From Octopus vulgaris (Eukaryota), in contig OX597817.1 in NCBI GenBank assembly GCA_951406725.2, forward strand, positions 165,664,001 to 165,728,000: DNA of 64,000 nucleotides, read 5' to 3'. Shown here one piece after another: positions 13,050 through 25,164 of the stretch. A program made the translations under genes and the position numbers. The notes below the pieces were generated by a model, which was not told the DNA's origin, made no database searches, and was given only the letters and a program-made list of their open reading frames with translations. Every line of letters starts with the position of its first letter. Within the stretch, counting starts at the first letter, position 1.

Positions 13050-13082
<33 letters not shown>

Positions 13083-13137
13083 CTGTGTGTGTATGTATAT
13101 ATGTGTGTGTGTGTGTGTGTGTGTCTTTGTGTGTATG

Positions 13138-13168
<31 letters not shown>

Positions 13169-13181
13169 CTTTGTGTGTATG

Positions 13182-13225
<44 letters not shown>

Positions 13226-13233
13226 TGTGTATG

Positions 13234-13275
<42 letters not shown>

Positions 13276-13287
13276 TTTGTGTGTATG

Positions 13288-13335
<48 letters not shown>

Positions 13336-13515
13336 TTTGTGCCTGTTTTTGTCCCCCACCACCGATTGACAACTGGTTGGGGTATAAGAGAAGACAATGT
13401 AAGTACTAGGCTTAAAAGAATAAGTATTGGGGTCGATTTGTTCGACTAAAACCCGTCAAGAGGATGCCCCAGCATGGCCGCAGTCAAATAACTGAAATGG
13501 GCAAAAGAAAAGATA
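12497..13515 (+). mobile_element. SINE family A with internal microsatellite expanded to about 680 bp
   Basis: The 5' half lies at 12497-12655 and the 3' half at 13335-13515. Between them is a higher-order repeat of (TG)n-TCTTTGTGTGTATGTATATA. Confidence 0.88.
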
Positions 13516-13520
13516 AAATA

Positions 13521-13632
13521 TACGGCCATATCACGTTGAAAGCATCGGTTCTCGTCCGATCATCGAAGTTAACCAACGTCGAGCCTAGTTAGTACTTAGG
13601 TGACCGCTTGGGAAACCTAGGTACTGTAAGCG
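13521..13632 (+). pseudogene. 5S rRNA pseudogene
   Basis: TACGGCCATATCACGTTGAAAGCATCGGTTCTCGTCCGATCATCGAAGTTAACCAACGTCGAGCCTAGTTAGTACTT..GGTGACCGCTTGGGAA aligns by eye to metazoan 5S rRNA. It lacks about 3 nt at the 5' end, has a deletion of about 4 nt in box C, and has no T-run terminator. Confidence 0.92.
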
Positions 13633-13645
13633 TCACACATTTATA

Positions 13646-13817
13646 GGCGTAGGAGTGGCTGTGTGGTAAGTAGCTTGCTTACCAGCCACATGGTTCCGCG
13701 TTCAATCCCACTGCGTGGCACCGTGGGCAAGTGTCTTCTACTATAGCCTCGGGCCGATCAAACCCTTGTGAGTGGTTTTGGTTGACGGAAACTGAAAGAA
13801 GCCCGTCGTATATATGC

Positions 13818-13849
<32 letters not shown>

Positions 13850-14045
13850 TTGTCCCTCCAACATCGCTTGACAATCAATGGTTTTGTGTTTACGTCTCCG
13901 TAACATAGCGGTTCGGCAATAGAGACCGATAGAATAAGTATTAGGCTTACAAAGAGTAAGCTCTGGAATCGATTTACTCGACTACAGGCGATGCTCCAGC
14001 ATGGCCACAGTCAAATGACTGAAACAAGTAAAAGAGAGAGTAAAA
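13646..14045 (+). mobile_element. SINE family A, full length
   Basis: GGCGTAGGAGTGGCTGTGTGGTAAG head through CAAATGACTGAAACAAGTAAAAGAG tail. Confidence 0.92.
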
Positions 14046-14534
14046 GGGTAAATCAATTTGCATGACTCTTCGTGTCGAATGTAGGCCAAAAATAGCCTTG
14101 AGAATAAAGTCTTCACTAATGGATACAAATAAACTTCTTGGACATAGAGGACGGAGTCCAGGTAGCCGACCCGGCGACGGCGTCTCCACACTTTTTTCTG
14201 TCATCTTTGCACGGTCGATTAATAATGTCCCTAGGAAGAGATACTGTTTGGTCGAATGTTTCTGCACCGAAATGGGTTCCTTTCAGATTTCTCTTTTGGA
14301 CCTTTTGCGCTCTGAAGGCAAAGGCTGTGAAGAAACTTCTTTCAAGCTAAATAAGTCCTCGACCTGCTAAATATGATATATAAATTTCCTCTGAATTCTT
14401 AACTTCTTATCAACTGAAGGAAACAACTTCAGAAGTCGTTCTTCTTCACTTAATGTATTGCAACCTAACCCTATCTCCTATTCTCTCTGTCTCATTGCAA
14501 TGACCTTTGACATGTTCTTCAATATCGTTTATCT

Positions 14535-14957
14535 TTTATTTGTTGCAATCACTGGACTACGGCCATGCTAGGGCATCGTCTTGAAGTGTTTAGTCGAACA
14601 AATCAACCCCTGTATGTAATTTTTTTTTATTGTCTAATATTATTCTATCGGTTTTTATGACCAAACCGCTAAGCTACGGGAACGTAAGCAACCCGTTAAC
14701 GATTATCAAACGGTGGGATGGAGAACAAGCACGAAAACACACATATTCTGCCTAAAAGAGAGTATATGTATATATATATATGTGTGTATTAGTGTGTGTG
14801 TGTGTGTTTGTGTGTATAATATGGAATTTTGCTCAGTTATCTCCTAACAAGTTCATTCACAGTGCATTGGACGACCCGAGAAAAATGGTAGAAGACACTT
14901 ACTCCAGTGAGACTGAACCTGAATCTCGCCGAAACGAAGCGTTCTTAACCACGCCGC
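14535..14957 (-). mobile_element. SINE family A, old diverged copy
   Basis: Recognisable blocks GGCCATGCT, TTAGTCGAACAAATC, TATTCTATCGG, CCGCTAAG and GTAGAAGACACTT occur in the right order. Confidence 0.7.
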
Positions 14958-15548
14958 CATGAACAGCCTCAACTGTGGAAAATTCAAGTATAAATATTCT
15001 CGTTTTAAAGCCACTTAAAGTCAACGAAGTAATAAACTTCCATTGGAATAATACACAGGACAATAAGATTGGATATGGTACATTGTTAAACAAGGTCATT
15101 ATAGTTGATACTATAGAACTGTTAAATATCTACATTCATTCAAGGTCGAACACAAATGTGTCAGCAGGTCATTACTCGAAATACTTCAGCGGAAACCCGG
15201 TTCATTTTGGCATTTGAAAATAGAATTACCAAGTAGGGGGAACATAGATAAATATATATAATAAAAAGGGACTAAATATAAATTAAAAATAAAAATCAGG
15301 GTTTCGTCTGATTTTCATTTGTTTTTTTCGTAAATATGTTTTTTTATATTTATTTCTATATTTTGTTTTAGTCTAGTAATGTCATTTGAATAGTTTTTTG
15401 TATACAATGTAAGAATCGTTTGGTGAGTTAAGTGTTTATGGGTAAGTATATATGGGTATGTTTAAGACTGTAGTGTAGAGAAGTGTGGGGTGTGATATAG
15501 GAAGACAGCAGGACTATCATACACAATGAATACGTTGTCACTAAAATT

Positions 15549-15554
15549 TGTAGC

Positions 15555-15613
<59 letters not shown>

Positions 15614-15636
15614 CAACAGCAGCAGTGGTGGTGGTG

Positions 15637-15672
<36 letters not shown>

Positions 15673-15675
15673 GTA
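15549..15675. repeat. (TAG)n/(TGG)n/(CAG)n trinucleotide tract
   Basis: Directly visible. Confidence 0.95.
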
Positions 15676-15844
15676 AGTTAAAATGATGTTAAGATTTCAA
15701 AGCGTGTCACTACGTACTCTCTTATATACATAAGTTCGCAAATATCTGTCCAGCTATCTATCAATCTGTCTGTCTGTCTGTCTCTCTGTCTGTTTGTCCA
15801 TCTGTCTGTTTGTTCATCTGTCTGCCTGTCTGTCTGTGTGTCTG

Positions 15845-16106
15845 CTTGTCTCCCAACATCGCTTGACAACCAATGGTGGTGTTACGTTTAGCAGTTCGGG
15901 AAAAGAGACCGATAGAATAAGTACCAGGCTTCCAAAGGATAAGTCCTGGGGTCGATTTGCTCGACTAAAGGCGGTGCTCCAGCATGGGCACAGTCAAATG
16001 ACTGACACAAGTAAAAAAGTAAAAGAGTAAAGAGTATATGCATAAATATTGATATGGATATAGATAGATAAGTAGATAGATAAATATATAAATAAATAGA
16101 TATTTG

Positions 16107-16163
<57 letters not shown>

Positions 16164-16893
16164 TAGATAGATTGATAGGCAAATAAAAATTGTTTGCTAG
16201 TGTGTATGTACAAGTATTTTAGTTTCTTTTTATGTATATATCTGTGTATGCATCTTTGTAAGTTTTGTCAGGAAGAAGTTGTCTGTAACTCAAAGGTTTT
16301 CAAAGCAATTGCCAAGACGGCGACAGCTGCAGAAAAAAAAATACATGTGAAATAGGGAATTCCAGGCACTGAAATTCTGGTGTAAAAGGACTTGGTATAC
16401 TGCTTTGTGCAGAGCCTGTGGAGAATCAATATAGGTAACGACTGCGTGAGATAACAATTAAGCTGGGCGTGCCAAAGTAAAGGTTGCAAGCGACCTAACC
16501 AGAACTGTATCTTTCTTCGGCTATTCTGTCATTTTGACTAATTTACTCTTTTAATCTTTTACACGTTTCAGTGATTTGGCTGCGGCCATGCCGAAGCACC
16601 GCCTTTAGTCGAAGAAATCGCCACAGGACTTATTCTTTGCAAGCCTAGTACTTACTCTATCGGTCTTTTTTTGCCGAAACGTAAGCTTCGGGGACAAACA
16701 CGCACCGACATCAGTTGTCATGCGATAATGGGAGGGGGTGGGGGACAAACACAGACTCAAAGACACATACACATAAGACTTCGGTCAGCCCGAGGCTATG
16801 GCAGAAGGGACTTGCCCAAGGTGCCACGCAGTGGGGCTGAATCCAAAACCATACGGTTGGGATTAAGCTTCTTAGTACACAGCCACGCATACG

Positions 16894-16895
<2 letters not shown>
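15845..16895. mobile_element. Two SINE family A pieces in opposite orientation: 3' half 15845-16032 (+) and internally deleted copy 16545-16895 (-)
   Basis: Both share the tail AAGGCGGTGCT.C.GCATGG, on opposite strands. Confidence 0.8.
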
Positions 16896-16929
<34 letters not shown>

Positions 16930-17124
16930 CGCATGTATATATGTGTATATATGTATGTATATATGTGTATATATGTATGTATGTATATATGTGTATATAT
17001 GTATGTATGTATATATGTGTATATATGTATGTATGTATATATGTGTATATATGTATATATATATGTATGTATGTATATATGTGTATATATGTATACATAC
17101 ATATATATATATATGTATGTATGT

Positions 17125-17178
<54 letters not shown>

Positions 17179-17269
17179 ATGTATATAATATATAATAATA
17201 TAAATCATATATACATATATTATTTATATTATCATATGATTGAACGCCACGCATCCTCTTCCAAGTAGG

Positions 17270-17490
17270 CGTCAGACGCCATGATAGAACGTTAGCCACT
17301 ACACACATTTTTTTCTCTCTTTGTTTCTCTCCTTGTTTTTTTTCTGTGTCCCTTTCTGTAGAAGAGCGTAGGCCCGAAACGTAAAAGACTTTTTCTATTC
17401 CTGAGCGTTATACTCATACATCTGTTTGTTTTTTACACCACCTGTCTTCGTATTTTGTTTTTTTTTTTCGTAAACTCTCCCTATATATAT
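17270..17490 (+). mobile_element. Penelope-like terminal fragment with a variant hammerhead motif; sister copy at 31370-31575
   Basis: CTTT-CTGTAGA-A-GAGC-gtag-GCCC-GAA-ACGT-A-AAAG at 17352-17387. About 200 bp are shared with 31370-31575. Confidence 0.6.
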
Positions 17491-17783
17491 ATTATATATA
17501 TGTATATGCGTATGTGTATATATAATATATGTTTTTTCTTATGTTGATTCGGTTCCTTTACATCGTGAATCTGATATATGCTACTTTTTTTCTTCGAGAT
17601 ACAAATGAAATTTAGCAAGTCCCACCTATATTTCTTTTCCATTTTCTTTTATTAAGTTTACACATTATTGGACAGTTTATCCATATATATTGCGGAACTC
17701 AATATATTTGATAACACTAGTTGATATCCCTTATGAGGAAATTACATCCTCAGTATTTGAAATATATATATATATTTCAAATA

Positions 17784-18156
17784 TGCTTACCAACCACATG
17801 GTTCCTGGTTCAGTCCCACTGCGTGGCACCTTGGGCAAGTGTCTTCTACTATAGCCTCGGGCCGACCAAAGCCTTGTGAGTGGATTTGGTAGATGGAAGC
17901 TGAAATAAGCCCGTCGTATATATGTATATATATGTGCGTGTGTGTGTGTGTATGTTTGTGTGTTTGTCCCCTAACATCGCTTGGCAACCGATGCTGGTGT
18001 GTTTACGTTCCCGTAACTTAGCTGTTCGGCAAAAGAGCCCAATAGAATAAGTACTAGGCTTACAAAGAATAAGTCCTGGGTCGATTTGCTCGACTAAAGG
18101 CGGTGCTCCAGCATGGCCGCAGTCAAATGACTGAAACAAATAAAAGAGTAAAAAGA

Positions 18157-18157
<1 letters not shown>
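17784..18157 (+). mobile_element. SINE family A, slightly 5'-truncated
   Basis: High identity to the 23347 copy. Confidence 0.92.
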
Positions 18158-18206
<49 letters not shown>

Positions 18207-19409
18207 TGTGTGTGTGTATGTGTACGTATGGAAATGAATGACAGGGACATTCTGACAATAGAAATGAGACAGTTGTAACTGATGTCTACTACAAGAACAC
18301 AGACACACACCACTATTTAGACATTAGATTCTGCTGCTCACCTTACACTAAGAGGAACATTCCATTCAATATGGCAGGACGAATATGTTCAATACTTATA
18401 TATAAGTGTATGTGTGTGTGTGTGTGCGTGAAAACGTTGAATTATATTTCATCCTTTACTTTGGAGGTTTCCAAATTGCGATTTCTAACAAAAATTCTTC
18501 GTATTTGGTGGTAGCTTACTAGTGTGAGATTTTTGCGAATATCAAAATATTACTTGTATATGGGTGTTATGAGAATCTATGAAAACGTATCCCATAGAAA
18601 CTCAACAAGTTGTTAAAAATGGAGAAGAGAAGATGCTAAAATTTGAAAGAATATTAATATATGCATACGATCGTTTCAATCAGCGATATTAACATATAAA
18701 TACATGGTAGAATAATTAAATTTAATTTGATTAAATTAGATTAATTACATATCACTGTTGTCCTCATTGCAAGAAGTATACAACAAAAAATTATTATTAT
18801 TACAGAAGACTTGATGAAAGAAATAGCAAATAGCAAATTCGGATGTACATATTTTATCCTTATGAAAAATTGAGAGTGTATTAAAGAATGTGAGTCTAGT
18901 TGTGTATAAACTAAAACTCATATGCATATATGTACGTATGTATGTTTATATACATGTGTGTGTTTGTGTCTGTGTTTGTTCCCCACCAACACAGGACAAC
19001 TGGTGTTGGTTTGTTAACGTCCCATAACTTAGCAGTTCTATAAAAGATGTTGACAGAATAGTACCTGGTTTAATAATTTCCGGGTTTGATTAGTTCGACT
19101 AAAACCTTCAGAATGATGTCCCAGCATGGCCGCAGCCCCAAAATAGAAACAATTAAGAGATGAAACACACACATACACACAAGGTTTACTTACTCCTTAC
19201 TCCTTCTCTCTTTTATTTGTTTCAATCATTTGACTGTGGTCATGCTGGAGCATCGCCTAAAAACTTAGTAATTAATTTTTCATTATCGATTTGCTCGTTA
19301 GTTTTTTTTCAACCTTGAAGCTCTTTCCCTAAGCAATCATGTCCCTTTCCCTACCACCACATCATAATCCCGACCCCACAATCTCACCTGCCCCTCGGCC
19401 CTCAAAAAA

Positions 19410-19655
19410 CACCCCCACCTCCAACACCCATCACCCCCAACGCCCACCGCTCCAACACCACCGCCCCCAAAACCCACCGCCTCCACAACACCCACCGCCC
19501 CCACAACACCCACCAACCTCACAACACCCACCGACCCCACAACACCCACCAACCTCCCAACACCCACCGCCCCACAACACCCCCCAACCTCACAACACCC
19601 ACCGCCCCCACAACACCCACCAACCTCACCACACCCACCGCCCCCACAACAACCA
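19410..19655. repeat. C-rich 18-bp minisatellite (CACAACACCCACC+GCCCC or AACCT)
   Basis: About 10 units, with the two variants largely alternating. Confidence 0.9.
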
Positions 19656-19911
19656 CTGCTCCTATAAAAACCAGACTTTCGGCTGCTCTAATTTCGTTTT
19701 CGTGAAGGACGTATTTTAAGTGTTGGACCCTCCACAGTGTGACACCGTCACGTGGATGGTCAGTGACCCTTACCATTATAACAGTTCTTGCTAGGGGTCA
19801 GCAAGAAAGCCTGTTCTGGTAATCACTGTCAATTGAAAGCGTACGTGATATGGTTGACAGTTAATGATGTAATAAATTGAATGGCACCGAAGTGACAGGG
19901 AGGAGATGAGC

Positions 19912-20508
19912 GTATGTGCGTATGTATGTATGTATGTGTGTATATGAGTAGGTATGTATGTATGTGCATGTGTATGAATGTGTGTATGTATGTATGTATG
20001 AATGTATGTATGTATGTATGTATGTATGTATGTATGTATGTATGTATGTATGTATGAATGTTTCTATGTACTTACGTATGTATGTTCGTATGTATGTATG
20101 TATGTATGTATGTATGTATGTATGTATGTATCTATGTGTGTGTATGTATGTATGTATGTATGTATGTATGTATGTGCGTGTGTACGAATTTATGTACGTA
20201 CGTACGTAAGTACGTATGTATGTATATACGTATGTATGCATGTGTGTACGTACTTATGTATGTTTGTATGTATGTACTTACGTATGTACGTACGTATGTT
20301 TGTATGTATATGTCCGTGTGTATGTATATGGGTGTGTATTTGTGTTTGTGCTATTGATTGTATGTGTATGTGTGTGTGTGTGTATATTTGAGTTTGTGTA
20401 TGTATATACGTATCTGTTTTTGTATTTTATCTGTATGCTTGTGTCTCTGTGTGTAATTAATATGTGTTTCTGTATAAGTGTTCTGTTTATATGTGAAAGT
20501 GTGCGTGC

Positions 20509-20579
<71 letters not shown>

Positions 20580-20585
20580 CGTGTA
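19912..20585. repeat. (TATG)n/(TG)n microsatellite block
   Basis: Directly visible. Confidence 0.97.
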
Positions 20586-20762
20586 TAGTTCAGGTTGTAG
20601 CAGTGAAGGGTTAGAAAGAGGGATTACTTAGTGAAAGGTTTGAAGAGAAATAGAAAGTGGTTTGCAAAATTTTATTTCATGGAAAGCATCTGAGGGTGTT
20701 GCAAGCATACTTATAAATACACGCGCACGCGCACTCACACACACACATTTAGAGAGACAGAC

Positions 20763-20795
<33 letters not shown>

Positions 20796-21094
20796 TAGAA
20801 TGGTTGATGTATGTATGTATGTATGTATGGATGGATGGATGGATGGATGGTATGCTCGATGGATGGCTGGAATGTTCAACAGATAGATACATAGATGGAA
20901 AGGTAGATAGACAGACAGATAGATAGTTAGATCGGTAGGTAGGTAGGTAGGTAGGTAGGTATGTAGGTGGGTAGACAGAAAGAGGAAGATTAGAAAAGGG
21001 TAGAGAAGTGTGTTAAAAGAATAACGTGGATAATAGGGAAAACGCTCGTGACGAGATAAACAGGTCCATGGATAGGTAGACCCATGTGTACGAG

Positions 21095-21142
<48 letters not shown>

Positions 21143-21300
21143 CGTGCTTTATAAAAGCATTGGAACATTTTAGCTTTTATTTCTAGCAATGTACGTGTCT
21201 TGACACCCGTAGTCACCTTTAGTTGACGACAATAATTCTCTTATACATGTGTATATCTGTATGTATACACAGATACCATATATATACATACACACATACA

Positions 21301-21341
<41 letters not shown>

Positions 21342-21425
21342 TACATACATGCACACACACATATATACAAATAGATAGATAGAATCTATTTAACTGCATT
21401 GAACCTCTCTCTCCCTTTATCCCTC

Positions 21426-21481
<56 letters not shown>

Positions 21482-21741
21482 ACTATCTATCTACATATCT
21501 GTCTAACATTTTATCCATCTATCAAACTGTTTATGCGTCTGTATCAATGAAATTCAAATCAGCGACGTGTCAAATGTCCACAGGGACAAATACATTGAAA
21601 CAAATCCAGAAATATCGTTTAGTGTTTGAGGTACAATTGCTGATTGAATCTACTGCAGTATCTTATAACTGATATTTAGTTTGTAGACGATGGATGGATG
21701 AAAGACAAAGTCGGTCAGGTAGGACTCAATAGTAATACATT

Positions 21742-22327
21742 CTACTAAAGGCACACGGCCTGAAATTTGTGGGAGAGGGGATCAGTCGATTATATGGACC
21801 GCAGTGTTTCGCTGGTACTTAATTTATCGTTCACGGAAGGATTAAAGGCAAAGTCGACCTCGGCAGAATTTGAACTCAAAGAGTAGTAACGGGCGAACGA
21901 AATACCTATTTCTTTACTACCCACAAGGGGCTAAACACAGAGCGGACAAACAAGGACAGACAAACGGATCAAGTCGATTACATCAACCCCAGTGCGTAAC
22001 TGGTACTTAATTTACCGAGCCCGAAAGGATGACAGGCAAAGTCGACCTCGGCGAAAAATTTGAACTCAGAACGTAGCGGCAGACGAAATACCTATTTCTA
22101 TTTATTTACTACCCACAAGGGGCTAAACACAAAGAGGACAAACAAGGACAGATAAACGGATCAAGTCGATTACATCGACCCCAGTGCGTAACTGCTACTT
22201 ATTGAATCGACCCTGAAAGGATGAAAGGCAAAGTCAACCTCGGCGGAATTTGAACTCAGAACGTAAAGTCAGAAGAAATACCGCTTAGCATTTCGTCCGG
22301 CGCGCTAACGTTTCTGCCAGCTCGCCG
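21742..22327 (-). mobile_element. SINE family B, trimeric form
   Basis: Same architecture as 7868-8432, with AAAGTC.ACCTCGGC at about 21850, 22038 and 22229 and one head at the right end. Confidence 0.9.
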
Positions 22328-22748
22328 AAATGGTTTTAATCTCGCTGAGTGATTATATTGAGTTTCAATATGCTGATAGTCCGATGGTACCTGTCTATTA
22401 TCCGAGAACTACTGGCCGATGTAAGATACTCTTACACTTTTTCACAAGTTTTAAGTTTTAATTCTGCTTTGTCTTCATCCAATACCCTCTTCATCCAATA
22501 AACTGTGTTGTGTTGATATGTTTCACTCCCTGTCACAAAGCCACGTAACAAGCTACATTGGCTATCTACAAGCAACGAATGACCAGACTCTACAGAGAAT
22601 AGATCCCGCTCTAATTAGGTTCAAATCAATATCTATGTAATATAGACCAGTGACACCAAACTGTTAATTAAATAATGAACAAAGAATACGCGAAGTCAAG
22701 AATCGAATGAAATACAATATAGCTAGAGTTCACATACATATATATTAA

Positions 22749-23142
22749 ACTAGCAGTATCGCCCGGCGTTGCTCGGGTTTGTAAGGGAAATAACTATATA
22801 AGCATTTTTAGAGAGTTATAGCCAAAAAATAGCAAAAAATGCATTAAAAATGGAAAAAAAATTATGGTAAATTTTTTTTTAAATCGTTGACTCATCGTGG
22901 ACATTTTTAGAGTTACTTCCCATTATTTAAAAAATATGCGTTAAAATGGAAAAAAATTATGGTAAATTATTTTTAAAATCGTAGACTCATCGTAGACGCG
23001 CGCTAATACCCAGAAGGGCTCGATGTGAATCACAACTATAAGATACCCGGTTTTGGTTAAACTGCATCGCAAAATGTAGGAGTAGTTAGGAATCTAAATC
23101 GGAGTAGACAGACACACAACCTTTCTTTTATATATAAAGATT
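22749..23142 (+). mobile_element. Helentron/DINE-like non-autonomous element
   Basis: Starts ACTAGCAGTATCGCCCGGCGTTGCTCGGG (small hairpin), has an internal tandem duplication of about 95 bp, and ends AGACAGACACACAACC..TTTTATATATAAAGAT. The start is shared with 4432-4619. Confidence 0.6.
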
Positions 23143-23346
23143 TTATGTGCGCTTGTGCGTCTCTGAATGCGTAGCCATTCTCTTACATCACTTTGACTTA
23201 TGCACCAATAACTCTATGTCTCTCTGCATTGCTCTCTTACTGTTTCCTTCTCTCCCTTCGCTCGCCGTCACAGTTTCTGTCCGTCTGTCTGTCTCTCTCC
23301 CTTCTTTAAACACATGTACACACACACATATATGTATATAAGAGAA

Positions 23347-23517
23347 GGCGTAGAAGTGGCTGTGTGGTAAGTAGCTTGCTTACGAACCGCATGGTTCCGG
23401 TTTCAGTCTCACTGCGCGGCACCTTGGGCAACTGTCTTCTGCTATAGCCTCGGGCCGACCAAAGCCTTGTGAGTGGACTTGGTAGACGGAAACTGAAAGA
23501 AGCCCGTCGTATATATG

Positions 23518-23591
<74 letters not shown>

Positions 23592-23803
23592 TGTGTCTGT
23601 GTTTGTACCCCCCGAACCCCAACATCGCTTGACAACCGATGCTGGTGTGTTTACGTACCCGTAACTTAGCGGTTCGGCAAAAGAGCCCGATAGAATAAGT
23701 ACTAGGCTTCCAAAGAATAAGTCCTGGGTCAATTTGCTCGACTAAAGGCGGTGCTCCAGCATGGCCACAGTCACAAGACTGAAGCAAGTAAAAGAGTAAA
23801 GAG
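23347..23803 (+). mobile_element. SINE family A, full length (reference copy)
   Basis: Pol III A-box-like TGGCTGTGTGG and B-box-like G(G/T)TTCAGTC.C, CORE-like CCTTGGGCAA, internal (TA)n(TG)n, and tail with (GTAAAAGA)n. Confidence 0.92.
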
Positions 23804-24565
23804 TACATGTACACACACACACATATGTATATAAGAGAAGTGCTATGCGTGTGTCACGCTTTCTTTCTTTTTAGTACTACACGCTGCCAAGTTTTGACGA
23901 GTATCGAATTATCTCTCGTGTACTACTATTCCCAGTTCCGCACTAGTCTGCTCTGGTCTGGTGTAATAGTACGCTTCAAGCGTGACAGTTAAGGCTCAAA
24001 TAGCGAAAGATCGTACTGTGGTTAACCATGGAGGACACGGAAGAATTCTAGCTCCTAGACAAACTTTACCAATCTGTTGTAAACTTTACCTATATGTGGA
24101 CATGTCCTGCTGTCACGTGAACCCCTTTCTCTGGCTAAGAGTTAAGCGTAAGGGCGGGAGAGCAGGAAACGAACAGAGAGAATGGTAAATAATCCGGGTG
24201 AAGGCAAAGAGAAAAATAATACTGTATATTTGCAAAGAAAAATCACGTATCATCATCAAATTTTGATATAGAGATCTTTCAATGAAAACTGGCGCGTATT
24301 GCTCAGTAAGTCAATTCTTAATATTTTTTTTTAATGTTCGAAACTTATAAAATTAGGTAATCTGAAAGAGCAGTTATATTTGCCATCTTTGCCATGTATG
24401 GGGCCTGGATGTGTGGTAAGAAGTTTGTTTACCAACGTGATGGTTCCGAGTTCAGCTCAAATTCGCGCCATCTTCGGAAAGTGACTTCTAGTCTTCCCTC
24501 TGCCCTACCAAAGCCCCAAAGCCTTGTGAGTTGATTATTTGATTGACGGAAACTGAAAGAAATCC

Positions 24566-24617
<52 letters not shown>

Positions 24618-24696
24618 TTGCGGGCGCGTGTGCGTGTATATATATTTATATACTCGCATATGTATGCATGTATGTATGTATGTATGTATATATGTC

Positions 24697-25164
24697 CAGA
24701 GAAAGCAGAGGGACCCCAGCAAAAACTGTAAGGGCAGGGAAAGAAACACCTGCAAATTCTACCTGAGGGGGGACTGCTGGTACGGCGTTGAAGGTGCAAA
24801 CTGTCGCTTTGCACATCGGAGGCCCTACCAAAACCGCACGGACGCGAGACAGAGGTCCCTCCCTCAGGGAGAACAAAAACAAAAAGTTAAAAGAAGGGAA
24901 AAAAGCGCACTGACCACTACTGAAAGACGGTATGCAGATGTGGTGCGCGGAAACCCAACAGGTGGCCAGCTTCACCCAGATGTGAGAAGGGCGGCAGCTG
25001 AACAGCAGTCTTTTTTGTGCATGGCACAAAAAATTGTTCAGCAGCTGACCTGGCTACAAGCACAAAGCTGGAACTACCACCACATAAGGCCACCTCCAAC
25101 AGATGCAGGATGGCCACCACAGACACCAACACCAACACACACACCACAAAAATATTTCTACTGA
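24697..25164 (+). CDS. LINE ORF1 C-terminal part with CCCH zinc finger (5'-truncated)
   Basis: CKFYLRGDCWYGVEGANCRFAH is C-x7-C-x8-C-x3-H. The frame is open to the stop at 25164 and overlaps the ORF2 start. The predicted N-terminus is only microsatellite. Confidence 0.75.
   Translation, partial: QRKQRDPSKNCKGRERNTCKFYLRGDCWYGVEGANCRFAHRRPYQNRTDARQRSLPQGEQKQKVKRREKSALTTTERRYADVVRGNPTGGQLHPDVRRAAAEQQSFLCMAQKIVQQLTWLQAQSWNYHHIRPPPTDAGWPPQTPTPTHTPQKYFY

Noticed and set aside
11139-13449. Long HT/YI/CV-rich ORFs here and throughout the window
   Set aside because: They are translations of (CA)n, (TA)n, (TACA)n and (GATA)n microsatellites.
14050-14370. GC-balanced unique segment as a minus-strand exon (LERSFFTAFAFRAQK..ICIH*)
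   Set aside because: The acceptor is weak, the product is unrecognisable and there is no supporting partner exon. Left unassigned.
23380-23820. Recurrent peptides such as [17 protein letters not shown] and [19 protein letters not shown]
   Set aside because: They are translations of SINE family A, not a gene family.
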